This document shows positions 33,974 through 42,973 of a stretch of 64,000 nucleotides of DNA, piece after piece. The DNA is from an uncultured Alphaproteobacteria bacterium (GTDB taxonomy: Bacteria; Pseudomonadota; Alphaproteobacteria; SP197). The stretch lies in contig OY282363.1 of NCBI GenBank assembly GCA_958295695.1, positions 1,738,225 through 1,802,224 on the forward strand. The letters are read 5' to 3'. Below the pieces are notes generated by a model. That model ran no database searches, was not told the origin of the DNA, and saw only the letters and a program-made list of their open reading frames with translations. The translations under genes and the position numbers were made by a program. Position 1 is the stretch's first letter. The number at the start of each line of letters is the position of its first letter.

Positions 33974-34912
33974 CTAACCGAGACCGTCGCGTCCACCGCC
34001 GCAGACGATGGCGAGCGGGCGCTCGCCGCCGACCGCATGGGTCATGACCGCGGCGACGCTGGCGGCGCCGGCGAGTTCCGCGCCGAGGCCGTATTCGGAC
34101 CAGAGCCAGCGGGCCGCCTCGCGCATCCGGTCGTCGTCGACCAGCACGATATCGTCGACCAGCTCGTCGACGATCCGGAAGTTGAGAGGCTCGCTGCGGC
34201 GGGGGGCGAGGGTGCCCGCGGCGGTCTCGACGACCTCCAGCGTGACCGGTTCGCCCGCCCGCCGGCTGGCGTGGTGGGTCGGGGCGCCCACCGGCTCGAC
34301 GCCGACGACGCGGATGGCGGGATCGATCGCTTTCGCGGCCAGCGCCACGCCGGAGACGAGCCCTCCGCCGCCGATGGCGACGACCAGCGTGTCGGTCCCG
34401 GGCGCCTGTTCGAGGATCTCGAGGCCCAGGGTGCCCTGGCCCGCGATGACCGCGGGATCGGCGAAGGCGTGGACATAGGCGAGGTTCTCCGCGTCGGCGG
34501 CCTCGAGCGCGGCGGCGTTCGAGTCGTCCCAGACCGCACCCTCGATGCGCACGTCCGCGCCCCAGGCGCGAATCTTTCCGGCCTTGTCGGCCGGGGCGCT
34601 CTCCGGCAGGTAGACCACGCTCCCGAGACCCAGGCGGCGGGCGGCGTAGGCGACGCCCAGCCCGTGGTTGCCGCCCGAGGCGGTGATGAGGCCGCGGACG
34701 CCGGCGGGCGCCAGGGTCGTGGCTTTCGAGAGCGCGCCGCGCGGCTTGAAGGAGCCCGTGACCTGAAGCGACTCCAGCTTCAGCATGAGCCGTCCGCCGG
34801 AGACGGCCGTGCGGGCGGGTCGCGCCGCGATCACGGGCGTCGTCCTCAGGAAACCGGCGATGCGCTCGCGGGCCGAGCGGATGTCGTCGAGGCCGGGGCG
34901 AGGATCGGGCAT
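33974..34912 (-). CDS. PLP-dependent serine/threonine dehydratase family protein
   Basis: The 312-aa product carries LKLESLQVTGSFKPRGA (PLP lysine), ASGGNHGLGVAYAA and AIGGGGLVSG. Confidence 0.8.
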   Translation of the reverse strand: MPDPRPGLDDIRSARERIAGFLRTTPVIAARPARTAVSGGRLMLKLESLQVTGSFKPRGALSKATTLAPAGVRGLITASGGNHGLGVAYAARRLGLGSVVYLPESAPADKAGKIRAWGADVRIEGAVWDDSNAAALEAADAENLAYVHAFADPAVIAGQGTLGLEILEQAPGTDTLVVAIGGGGLVSGVALAAKAIDPAIRVVGVEPVGAPTHHASRRAGEPVTLEVVETAAGTLAPRRSEPLNFRIVDELVDDIVLVDDDRMREAARWLWSEYGLGAELAGAASVAAVMTHAVGGERPLAIVCGGGRDGLG

Positions 34913-34937
34913 GGGACCGGGCGTCGCTCGCGCCTTG

Positions 34938-36104
34938 TCACGCCGCGGCGTTCAGCCGGTCGAAGGCGGCCTCGAGTTCGCCGATCAGGTCGTCCGGGTC
35001 CTCCAGGCCCGCGTGGACGCGCAGGAGCTGGCCCTCTTCGGTCCACGGCGCCGCCGTGCGGGCCGGACCGGGGTCGACGGGCACCAGAAGGCTTTCGTAT
35101 CCGCCCCAGGACCAGCCCATGCCGAAGTGGCGGAGCCCGTCCAGCATGGCGGCGAGCCTGCTCTCGTCCACCGGCCGGAGCAGCACGCCGAAGAGGCCGC
35201 TGGAGCCCGTGAAGTCCCGCTTCCACAGGGCGTGGTCGGGGCTGCTCTCGAGGCCGGGATGCAGGACGCGCGCGACCTCCGGTCGTGTCTCCAGCCAGCG
35301 CGCCAGCCGCAGGCCCGTCTCGTGATGGCGGCGGAGCCGGACCGGGAGTGTCCGGACGCCGCGCTGGCCGAGATAGGCGTCGTCGGGCCCGAGGCAGGCG
35401 CCCATGGCGACGAACGCCTTCCACAGGGCCTCGCAGTGGGGTTCGCGCGCGGCGATGAGGCCGCACATGGCGTCCGAATGGCCCACGACGTATTTCGTGC
35501 CCGCCTGCAGCACGACATCGGCGCCGAGCCGGAACGGCTTGCAGAAGTAGCCTCCGGCCCAGGTGTTGTCGGCGACGACGAGCGCGCCCCGGGCGTGAGC
35601 CGCCTCGGCGATCGCCGGGATGTCCTGGACCTCGAAGGTGATGGAGCCGGGACTCTCGGTGTAGACGATCCGGGTGCCGGGCCGGATCAGGTCGGCGATC
35701 CCGCGGCCGATCCGGGGGTCGTAGAAGGTGGCCTCCACGCCGAAGCGCTTCAGCACGTCGCGGGCGAAGGCGCGGGTCGGCTGGTAGGACGAATCGGTGA
35801 TGAGGATATGGTCGCCGGCCTCCAGATAGGCCATGAGCGCGATCGCGATCGCGGCCTTTCCCGAGGCGCAGGCGACGGCCAGGTCGCCGCCTTCGAGCTC
35901 GCGAAAGGCGTCCTGCAGCGCATGGGTCGTGGGCGTCCCGTGGCGCCCGTAGACCACCTTTCTGGGATCGCGCCCGTCGACGGACTTGAGCGCGTCGTAG
36001 CTGGGAAACAGGACCGTCGAGGCATGGTAGACGGGCGGATTGACGATGCCGTGGTTGGCGTGCGGGTCGCGGCCCGCCGCCACGATCCTGGTGTCGTCCT
36101 TCAT
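34938..36104 (-). CDS. metC: cystathionine beta-lyase
   Basis: The 388-aa product carries YGRHGTPTTHALQDAF, DNTWAGGYFCKPF, LQAGTKYVVGHSDAM (PLP lysine) and a MetC-type C-terminus (LLRVHAGLEDPDDLIGELE). Confidence 0.85.
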   Translation of the reverse strand: MKDDTRIVAAGRDPHANHGIVNPPVYHASTVLFPSYDALKSVDGRDPRKVVYGRHGTPTTHALQDAFRELEGGDLAVACASGKAAIAIALMAYLEAGDHILITDSSYQPTRAFARDVLKRFGVEATFYDPRIGRGIADLIRPGTRIVYTESPGSITFEVQDIPAIAEAAHARGALVVADNTWAGGYFCKPFRLGADVVLQAGTKYVVGHSDAMCGLIAAREPHCEALWKAFVAMGACLGPDDAYLGQRGVRTLPVRLRRHHETGLRLARWLETRPEVARVLHPGLESSPDHALWKRDFTGSSGLFGVLLRPVDESRLAAMLDGLRHFGMGWSWGGYESLLVPVDPGPARTAAPWTEEGQLLRVHAGLEDPDDLIGELEAAFDRLNAAA

Positions 36105-36140
36105 GTTCGGAGGCCCCTTCGCCGGCCGGCGCGGAGCCTA

Positions 36141-36169
36141 GAGCGGTTCCGGCCTTGCTGGAACCGCTC
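36141..36169 (-). promoter_or_regulatory. perfect 10-bp stem hairpin in the metC leader
   Basis: GAGCGGTTCC (36141-36150) and GGAACCGCTC (36160-36169) are exact reverse complements with a 9-nt loop. The hairpin lies 37 nt upstream of the metC start and has no U-run. Confidence 0.4.
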
Positions 36170-36382
36170 GCTCCGGGACGCTCGCCGCGAGTGGCGGCCC
36201 TTCGATACGCCCGCCTCCGGCGGGCTACTCGGGATGAGGGGAATGTTGGGTAGGGGCGCGAACGAACATCCCCTCGTCCCGAGGCGGTCCGCAGGACCGT
36301 ATCGAGGGATGGCGCCGTGGCTTGCCTGTCGCTCGCGGCGAGCGACTCCGTGGGCCACGGGTGCGCCGGCAAGCCGGCGGGA

Positions 36383-36940
36383 TCAGACGCCGGCGAAGCG
36401 CTCGGCCGGGACCAGATAGGATTCCTCGCGCCGGACGACCCGGAAGCCGGCCTTCCGGTACATCGCCAGCGCGCGCGGATGATCGCGCGTGTTGGTGTCG
36501 ACCGCGATCTTCCCGATCCCCGGCCGCCACAACGCCTCGATCGCCCAGTCGAGGAAGTAGCCGCCGAGGCCCTGGCCGGTGAAGTCGGGGAGAAGGCCGA
36601 AGAGACCGAGTTCCGCGATGTCGCCGCGCCGGAAGTCGAGCTCCGCGAAGCCCGCCGGCGCGCCGCCGGCGTGGAGCACGTGGATCTCGACATCCGCGTC
36701 GTGAATGGTCTCGATGAGCCTCTCCTCGGTCCAGGACAGCCGGTCGGTCCAGTGGAAGCCGCCGCCGACGGCGCGGTAGAGCCGGAGATAGAAGCCGGGC
36801 GGCGGCCGTTCGGCGCGCTGAATGGCGAGACCGCGCCGGGGCGCGGCCCGCCGCGGCCGCGGCGGGCGCCGGGCCATCTCCAGGAAGGTGATGACGGTGC
36901 GGAGGGTCCGCGCGCCGTCTTTCCCGAAGACTTCGGCCAT
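36383..36940 (-). CDS. GNAT family N-acetyltransferase
   Basis: The 185-aa product has an acetyl-CoA-binding pattern (LLPDFTGQGLGGYFLDWAI) and ALAMYRKAGF. Confidence 0.8.
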   Translation of the reverse strand: MAEVFGKDGARTLRTVITFLEMARRPPRPRRAAPRRGLAIQRAERPPPGFYLRLYRAVGGGFHWTDRLSWTEERLIETIHDADVEIHVLHAGGAPAGFAELDFRRGDIAELGLFGLLPDFTGQGLGGYFLDWAIEALWRPGIGKIAVDTNTRDHPRALAMYRKAGFRVVRREESYLVPAERFAGV

Positions 36941-36947
36941 CGACGGA

Positions 36948-37799
36948 TCAGGCGGGGCCGGTTTCCACCGGGGTGTCGTCGCGGCCGCCCCACTCGGTCC
37001 AGGACCCGTCGTAGACCGCGACCTTGCGGACGCCGATCAGGTCCAGCGCCAGGGCCAGGAAGCAGGCGCTGACGCCCGAGCCGCAGGTGGCGGCGACCGG
37101 CTTCGACGGATCGACGCCGAGATCGGCGAAGGTCGCGCGGATGGCGTCGTCGGGCTTGACGGTGGCGTCGTCGTTCAGGAGAGACGAATAGGGAAGGTTG
37201 CGGCTTCCGGGAATGTGGCCGCCGCGCAGGCCGGGCCTGATCTCGGGTTCCTCCCCGGTGAAGCGCCCGGCGCCGCGGGCGTCGACGACCTGCTCGCGTC
37301 CGCCCGCGATGTTGGCGAGCATCTGCCGCCGGTCGCGCACCAGGAGCGAGTTCGTGCGCGCGGTCAGATGACGTTCGCGCGGGATGACCGGCTCGTCGTC
37401 GACGGGACGCTCCTCCGAGAGCCATTTCGCCAGCCCGCCGTCGAGCACGGCGATATCCTCGTGGCCGAACACCCGGAACATCCACCAGACCCGCGCGGCC
37501 GCCATCATGTTTCCGCCGTCATAGACGACGACGCGGACGCCGTCGCCCAGCCCCAGCTTGCGCGCGCGGCCGGAAAACGTCTCCGGCGACGGCAGCATGT
37601 GGGGCAGGTCGGTCCTGTCGTCGGAGATGCCGTCGATGTCGAAGAAGACGGCGCCGTGGATGTGGCGCTCGGCATACTCGGCCTCGGGATCGCGTCCCTC
37701 GGTCGGGAGGTACCAAGACCCGTCAACGATCCGGATGTCGGGCGCGGCCATGTTGTCGGCCAGCCACCGGGTGGAGACGAGGCTCTTGCCGCGGGTCAT
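36948..37799 (-). CDS. sseA: 3-mercaptopyruvate sulfurtransferase (tandem rhodanese)
   Basis: The 283-aa product carries LVSTRWLADN, HIHGAVFFDID, GHIPGSRNLP and the active-site loop ATCGSGVSA. Confidence 0.85.
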   Translation of the reverse strand: MTRGKSLVSTRWLADNMAAPDIRIVDGSWYLPTEGRDPEAEYAERHIHGAVFFDIDGISDDRTDLPHMLPSPETFSGRARKLGLGDGVRVVVYDGGNMMAAARVWWMFRVFGHEDIAVLDGGLAKWLSEERPVDDEPVIPRERHLTARTNSLLVRDRRQMLANIAGGREQVVDARGAGRFTGEEPEIRPGLRGGHIPGSRNLPYSSLLNDDATVKPDDAIRATFADLGVDPSKPVAATCGSGVSACFLALALDLIGVRKVAVYDGSWTEWGGRDDTPVETGPA

Positions 37800-37810
37800 G
37801 GCGTACTCCG

Positions 37811-38518
37811 TCAGTCGAGCAGGACGACGTTGACGCGCCGGTTCCGCCTGCCCTTGTTCTCGATCTTGGAGACCGCGACCTTGCCGAGGTGGCCGGTGCG
37901 GGCCACGTGCGTTCCGCCGCAGGGCTGCAGGTCGACGCCTTCGATCTCCAGCAGCCGCACCCTGCCGAGACCGCGCGGCGGCGCGACGGACATGGTCCGG
38001 ACCAGTTCGGGCCGTGCGTCGAGCTCCTCGTCGGTGATCCAGACGGGTCTTACGGGGCGGTCGGCGGCGACGATCTCGGCGAGTTTCCCGGTCAGGTCGT
38101 CCCTGGTCATGTCGGGCTCGGGCCAGTCGAGGTCGATCCGGCTCTTCTCCGCGCCGACCGAGGCGCCCGTGATCTCCGCGTCGACGAGAGCGCAGATCGC
38201 GTGGAGCGCGGTGTGCATCCGCATGTGGCGGAATCGCCGGTCCCAGTCGATCTCGGCCGTCACCGCCGCGCCGGGGGCGGGCAGGCCGGCGCCGTCGGCG
38301 GCGACATGGACGACGTCCTCGGGACGGTCGCCCTTGACCGTGTCCACGATCGCGACCGTGTCGCCGTCGCCGAGCACGAGACGGCCCGTATCGCCCGGCT
38401 GTCCGCCGCCGGTGGGATAGAACACCGTGCGGTCGAGGCGGATACGCCCGTCTCCGGCCCGGATCACCGTGGCCTCGCAGGATCTGGCGTAGGCGTCGTC
38501 GCGGAACACGAGCTCCAT
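37811..38518 (-). CDS. AlaX-type alanyl-tRNA editing protein (tRNA synthetase second additional domain)
   Basis: The 235-aa product carries FYPTGGGQPGDTG, RMHTALHAICAL (HxxxH zinc motif) and QPCGGTHV. Confidence 0.8.
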   Translation of the reverse strand: MELVFRDDAYARSCEATVIRAGDGRIRLDRTVFYPTGGGQPGDTGRLVLGDGDTVAIVDTVKGDRPEDVVHVAADGAGLPAPGAAVTAEIDWDRRFRHMRMHTALHAICALVDAEITGASVGAEKSRIDLDWPEPDMTRDDLTGKLAEIVAADRPVRPVWITDEELDARPELVRTMSVAPPRGLGRVRLLEIEGVDLQPCGGTHVARTGHLGKVAVSKIENKGRRNRRVNVVLLD

Positions 38519-38519
38519 G

Positions 38520-39521
38520 TCAGCTCATCCAGGGCGGCGTCGGTAGGTTGCGCTCCCGGAGGAACCCGGGATTGAAGATCTTGCTCTGGTAACGGGTGCC
38601 GACATCGCACAGGATCGTCACGATCGTGTGTCCCGGACCCATCTCCTCGGCCACCTTGACGGCGCCGGCGACGTTGATCCCGGTCGATCCGCCGACGCAA
38701 AGTCCCTCGCGCTCGAGCAGCTCGTAGATCGCCTCGAGCATCTCCACGTCGCTGATCCGCAGCGACATGTCTATGGGGCCGCCCTCGATGTTCTTCGTCA
38801 CCCGGCCCTGGCCGATGCCCTCCGAGATGGAGCTTCCGTCCGACTTGAGTTCGCCGGTCTGGAACCAAGTGTGCATGCACGAACCGAAGGGGTCGGCGAG
38901 CACGATCCTGACGTTCTCGTCGCGCTCCTTGAGCGCCATGCCGACGCCCGCGAGCGTCCCGCCCGTGCCGATGGCCGACACGAAGGCGTCGACCTTTCCA
39001 CCGGTCTGCTCCCAGATTTCGGGACCGGTGCTCTCGATGTGGGCCCGGCGGTTGGCGATATTGTCGAACTGGTTCGCCCAGATCGCGCCCTTGGGCTCCC
39101 TGGCGGCGATTTCGGCCGCCATGCGTTCGGATGTCCGGATGTAGTTCCGCGGATCCTTGTAGGGCTTGGCGGGCGTAAGGTGGAGATCGGCGCCGAGCGC
39201 GCGCAGGGTGTCCTTCTTCTCCTGGCTCTGGGTCTCGGGCATCGCGATGACGCAGCGGTAGCCCAGCGCGTTGCCGACGGTGCAAAGCCCGATCCCGGTG
39301 TTCCCGGCCGTGCCCTCGACGATGACGCCGCCGGGCTGGAGCTCGCCCCGCGCCTCGGCGTCCCGGATGATCCAGAGCGCCGCCCGGTCCTTGACCGACT
39401 GCCCCGGATTGAGGAATTCGCACTTGCCGAGGATCTCGCAGCCGGTCTTCTCCGACGGCCCGCGCAGCTTGAGCAGCGGCGTGTTCCCGACAAGCGAAAT
39501 CAGGCTGTCGTGAGTCGTCAT
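38520..39521 (-). CDS. cysteine synthase / cystathionine beta-synthase-like PLP enzyme
   Basis: An internal ATG at 39521 gives a 333-aa product with GNTPLLKL, EFLNPGQSVKDRAAL (PLP lysine), EGTAGNTGIGL and GTGGTLAGV. Confidence 0.85.
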   Translation of the reverse strand: MTTHDSLISLVGNTPLLKLRGPSEKTGCEILGKCEFLNPGQSVKDRAALWIIRDAEARGELQPGGVIVEGTAGNTGIGLCTVGNALGYRCVIAMPETQSQEKKDTLRALGADLHLTPAKPYKDPRNYIRTSERMAAEIAAREPKGAIWANQFDNIANRRAHIESTGPEIWEQTGGKVDAFVSAIGTGGTLAGVGMALKERDENVRIVLADPFGSCMHTWFQTGELKSDGSSISEGIGQGRVTKNIEGGPIDMSLRISDVEMLEAIYELLEREGLCVGGSTGINVAGAVKVAEEMGPGHTIVTILCDVGTRYQSKIFNPGFLRERNLPTPPWMS

Positions 39522-40425
39522 GGCGGATGGGTCCCGATCGTACGGTCGCGGGCTGGGGCGCACCCTAGGCTTGCCGGATAGGGGGATCAAGGGAACGTCC
39601 CGGTTCGGGATACCGGCGACGGCGGGGGCTTCCGGGCAAGGCGACGGACCGAGGTTTGTCCGCCAGGGGCCCGGGCGCGGTCCGACGATATCGAACCCGT
39701 CGACAATGGAATTGCGACATCGGATCGTCGGGCGGCCTTGTTGCCGCCGCCGGCGCGTTTGCCGGGTGGCTCGGTCGGTGCGCGATCCGACGGCTTCTCA
39801 TGGGCATGAAGGGCGTCATCGACCCCCGGCCGGATACTTCCGGCGCATCCTGGAGATCTGCGAACGCCGCGGCGTTCCGGTCGTCGCCGGATTCCGTCGT
39901 CTGGGCGAGTTCCTCGCCTCCGATTCCCCGTTCGATATGGCCCCGGACCCGATCGCCCGCGCCAGGGGACCGACGTCGGGCTATCCGCCGATGGGCGCCA
40001 TGCCGATGTCGCGCGAGATTTTCGAGGTCGTCGGCAAGCCCATCCAAACCGGCGCCATGTTCGCCCACGCCCTCGCCCGTTCGGGCCATCCCGTATGCCG
40101 GTCGCCGGCGATGTCCGCGGCCGGAAGTTTGCGATCGGCATCGAGAGGGGAGATCGGGGAGCTACCGCCGTTGGACATCGCGCATCGAACCGTGCCAGAG
40201 AGCTCGGCCTTATCCCGAGGCTCCTGGGACATCTTGACGCCTTGCCCGCTCCTGGAGCGTGAACGGATCGACCGGACGGTCGACATTCCGCGCTGGAGCC
40301 CGCGGCGCACGCGGGACGATCTCGTGCGCGAGGACCCTTGGAAGGGTTGACGCCGGCGGCCGGTTCGCGCCGCCGTCGGGCAAGCGGGAGGTCAATAGGT
40401 CTCCGAACCTGGATGGGAGGATGAC

Positions 40426-41523
40426 ATGGAACGACTGGCGGAACGGCCCACCGAGAGCGTGGGGTTCCGACGGCGTGCGGTCGCGGCGTGGTTTGGCGCG
40501 CTTGCCGCTGCTCTGACGACCCTCGCCGTCTCTCCGGCGACAGCGATGGCCGAGGAAGCCATGCTCTACACACGGTCGGGCTACGACATGGACGGCATGC
40601 ACGGCGCTTATGTCGGAAAGCACGGCGTGAAGCCGGAGTTCACGTTCTTCCCCGACGAGGATGCGGCGTTCGCCAAGGTGCGAGCGGGTTTCACCCCCGA
40701 TGTTTCCACGATCTGCTCCTATGAGATCTCGCGGTGGCGCGACGCGGATCTGCTGCAACCCATCGACGAAAGTCGGCTCGGCAATTTCCCGGAGCTCATC
40801 GGTTCCCTGAAGAAGGTTCCCGATTCGGTCGTCGACGGCGAGCGTTGGTGGGTGCCGCTGGATTGGGGCAAAACGTCGGTCACCTATCGGACGGATATGG
40901 TCGACATGGAGGAGGAGAGTTGGGGTCTGCTCTGGGATCCGCGCTACGAGGGCCGCCTCGGCATGTGGGACGACGTGGTCGACGGCATGGCCATCGCGCC
41001 GATCTACATGGGGATCGATCCCTACCGCATGACGCCCGATCAGGTTGCCGAGGTGCGCGACCTTCTCATCGAGCAGCGACCGCTTCTGCGCTTCTACTCC
41101 AGCGACAGGCCCGGCATCGAGCGGGCCCTGGCGGCCGGCGAGCTGGTCGCCGCCGTCACGGCGACCGATTCCTACGTGAAGCTGAAGTCGGAAGGCGTGC
41201 CGGTCGCCTTCCTCAATCCGAAGGAAGGCGTCATGACGTGGTCCTGCGGGTTGGTCCTGATGAAGGACGCGCCGAATGTCGACAAGGCCTACGACCTGAT
41301 CGACGGCATGATCGGCGAGGAGGCCGGAGCGACCGAAATGCGCACCTTCGGGTTCGGCCACGCCAACGCCATGGCCTTCCAGATTCTCGAGGACGGGGAG
41401 CTGGAGGCGATCGGCCTGCCCCGCGATCCCGAAACCCTGCTGAACGGCGGCGTACTGCAGCGGGCTTTCGAGAACCGCGAGGAGCTGGTCGAGATGTACG
41501 AGGAAGTGAAGTCCGGCTTCTAG
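40426..41523 (+). CDS. periplasmic solute-binding protein (PotD/PotF-like), no transporter partners adjacent
   Basis: The 365-aa product has a signal peptide and the general PotD-type two-lobe pattern (WWVPLDWGKTSVTYRTD; AAGELVAAV; GVMTWSCGLVLMKDAPN). Confidence 0.65.
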   Translation: MERLAERPTESVGFRRRAVAAWFGALAAALTTLAVSPATAMAEEAMLYTRSGYDMDGMHGAYVGKHGVKPEFTFFPDEDAAFAKVRAGFTPDVSTICSYEISRWRDADLLQPIDESRLGNFPELIGSLKKVPDSVVDGERWWVPLDWGKTSVTYRTDMVDMEEESWGLLWDPRYEGRLGMWDDVVDGMAIAPIYMGIDPYRMTPDQVAEVRDLLIEQRPLLRFYSSDRPGIERALAAGELVAAVTATDSYVKLKSEGVPVAFLNPKEGVMTWSCGLVLMKDAPNVDKAYDLIDGMIGEEAGATEMRTFGFGHANAMAFQILEDGELEAIGLPRDPETLLNGGVLQRAFENREELVEMYEEVKSGF

Positions 41524-41669
41524 CGGTCTCCGCGCGGGAATCCTTGTCGCCGGAGGCTTCCTCGGTCGCGAGGGGGCCTCCACGCGGTCCGGCCGCTTGG
41601 CGCGTCCGGCCATGTCCCGGCGGTCCCGGTCGCCACGGCCCGCTCGGCCTTTCCGCGCCGGCGCGGTCT

Positions 41670-41978
41670 TCAGTCCGTCCGAAGCGGGCGGTCCTTGAAC
41701 TCGACCTCGACGAAGCGGAACTCGCGGTCGTTGGCGTTGATGACGTTGTGCTCGACTCCGGCTTCGCGGGAGTAGGAGATCCCGCGGCGAAGCTCCGCGA
41801 CGGTCTCCCCGCCGTCCTTCGTCTCGATCCGCAGCGCGCCGTCGAGCATCGGGACGACCACATAGTTGTAGCGGTGGATGTGCCAGCCGGTTTCCGCGCT
41901 TGGCGCGAAGCGCCATTCGGTGACGCGCGTGAAGTCGTTGTCGTCCTGGACGGTGGGAACGGCTTGGGGTCGGCTCAC
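41670..41978 (-). CDS. cupin domain protein
   Basis: The GTG start at 41978 is preceded by GGGAGAGAG and overlaps the upstream stop (GTGA). The 102-aa product has GWHIHRYNYVVVPMLDG...GVEHNVINAN (a two-motif cupin). Confidence 0.7.
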   Translation of the reverse strand: MSRPQAVPTVQDDNDFTRVTEWRFAPSAETGWHIHRYNYVVVPMLDGALRIETKDGGETVAELRRGISYSREAGVEHNVINANDREFRFVEVEFKDRPLRTD

Positions 41979-42767
41979 GATCTCTCTCCCGTTCGGACGC
42001 CGCGGCCGAATCCGCCCTCGGCCGGAATGTTCCGGCCGGCAATGTAGACGGCTTCGTGGAACAACGGGAAGGCCCCCATGCGCGCCGGTTCGTCCGAATC
42101 GGCCGGCCGGGCGCATGGGGGAGGGCGTCGAGTTGCTCCCGGCTCCAAGTGAAGTTGCCGACCGGCCCGGGAGACACCGTGTTCATGTGGATGCCGTCGC
42201 GGGCGTGGCGGTCGGCGTACAGCTTCACGTAGCCGTCGAGCGCGCGCCGGATCGTGGAGCTGCTCGGGTAGGCGGCGTGCGGTTCCTTCGAGGCCATGGC
42301 CGAGATGTTGACGATGGCTCCCTTGCCTTGGGCCCACATGACCGGCGTCAGCTGTCTCGCCAGACGGACGACGTACGTGAACTACAGGTCGAACATGTCG
42401 CGCCGGTAGATGTCGTCGTGGTCGACGATGCTTCCCGTTCCCCGATGTCGAAGAATTTGCCGTCGCAATCGCCCCGGTCGCGCGACAACCCGGTGTTCGC
42501 GACCACGGCGTCGACCCGGTCGTGGGACGTCATGGCGCGATCGACGAGGCGAACCGGATCTTCGACCTTGGTTGACGTCCCTTGGACCGCGTCGGCCCCG
42601 ACCCCGGCGGCGACATCCTGAATGGAGTCCGAGCGGGCCATGATCGTCAGCCTGTAGCCGCGCCGCGCGAGTTTGCGCGCGCGGGCCGCTCCGATGCCCT
42701 TACCGGCGGCGGTCACCGCGGCCGCCGGCCCATCGCCTCCATCGCTGGATGCCCCTTGCTCGCTCAA
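41975..42767 (-). pseudogene. short-chain dehydrogenase/reductase gene disrupted by frameshifts and an in-frame stop
   Basis: The SDR modules lie in three different minus-strand frames. The first is VTAAGKGIGAARARKLARRGYRL...VDAVVANTG. The second is DDIYRRDMFDL*FTYVVRLARQLTPVMWAQGKGAIVNISAMASKEPHAAYPSSSTIRRALDGYVKLYADRHARDGIHMNTVSPGPV, with a TAG at 42382-42384. The third is EPARMGAFPLFHEAVYIAGRNIPAEGGFG. Confidence 0.75.
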
Positions 42768-42973
42768 GGCGGGCCGAATATCCTGACGACGTTCGCACCT
42801 CCCGTGGTCCCCCCGCAAGGGACGCGCGACGGGCCGGGGTGGGAGACCGGGCCCGGGGACCGCCGCGGCGCCGGTCTCCGGAAAAGTGTCGGTCGGCCGC
42901 CGGTCGGCCGGCGCCGGCGCGGGGGCCATGGCGCCTCGCGCGCCGTCAACCGCAAACGACACACAGGTGCAAC

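Noticed and set aside
36105-36382. SAM-II (metA-type) riboswitch upstream of metC
   Set aside because: The remembered core elements (U-rich strand with AAAGCU pseudoknot partner) are not present on the minus strand. Only generic GC hairpins are visible, and an Infernal scan is needed to be sure.
34846-37485. 879-aa minus-strand ORF, and the 544-aa plus-strand ORF 34785..36419
   Set aside because: They are out of frame with metC, the GNAT gene and sseA, all of which have clear motifs. The sequences are RRRP-type low complexity.
40210-42339. 709-aa minus-strand ORF
   Set aside because: Only its first ~60 residues are meaningful, as the SDR active-site fragment of the pseudogene. The rest is antisense to the solute-binding gene 40426..41523.
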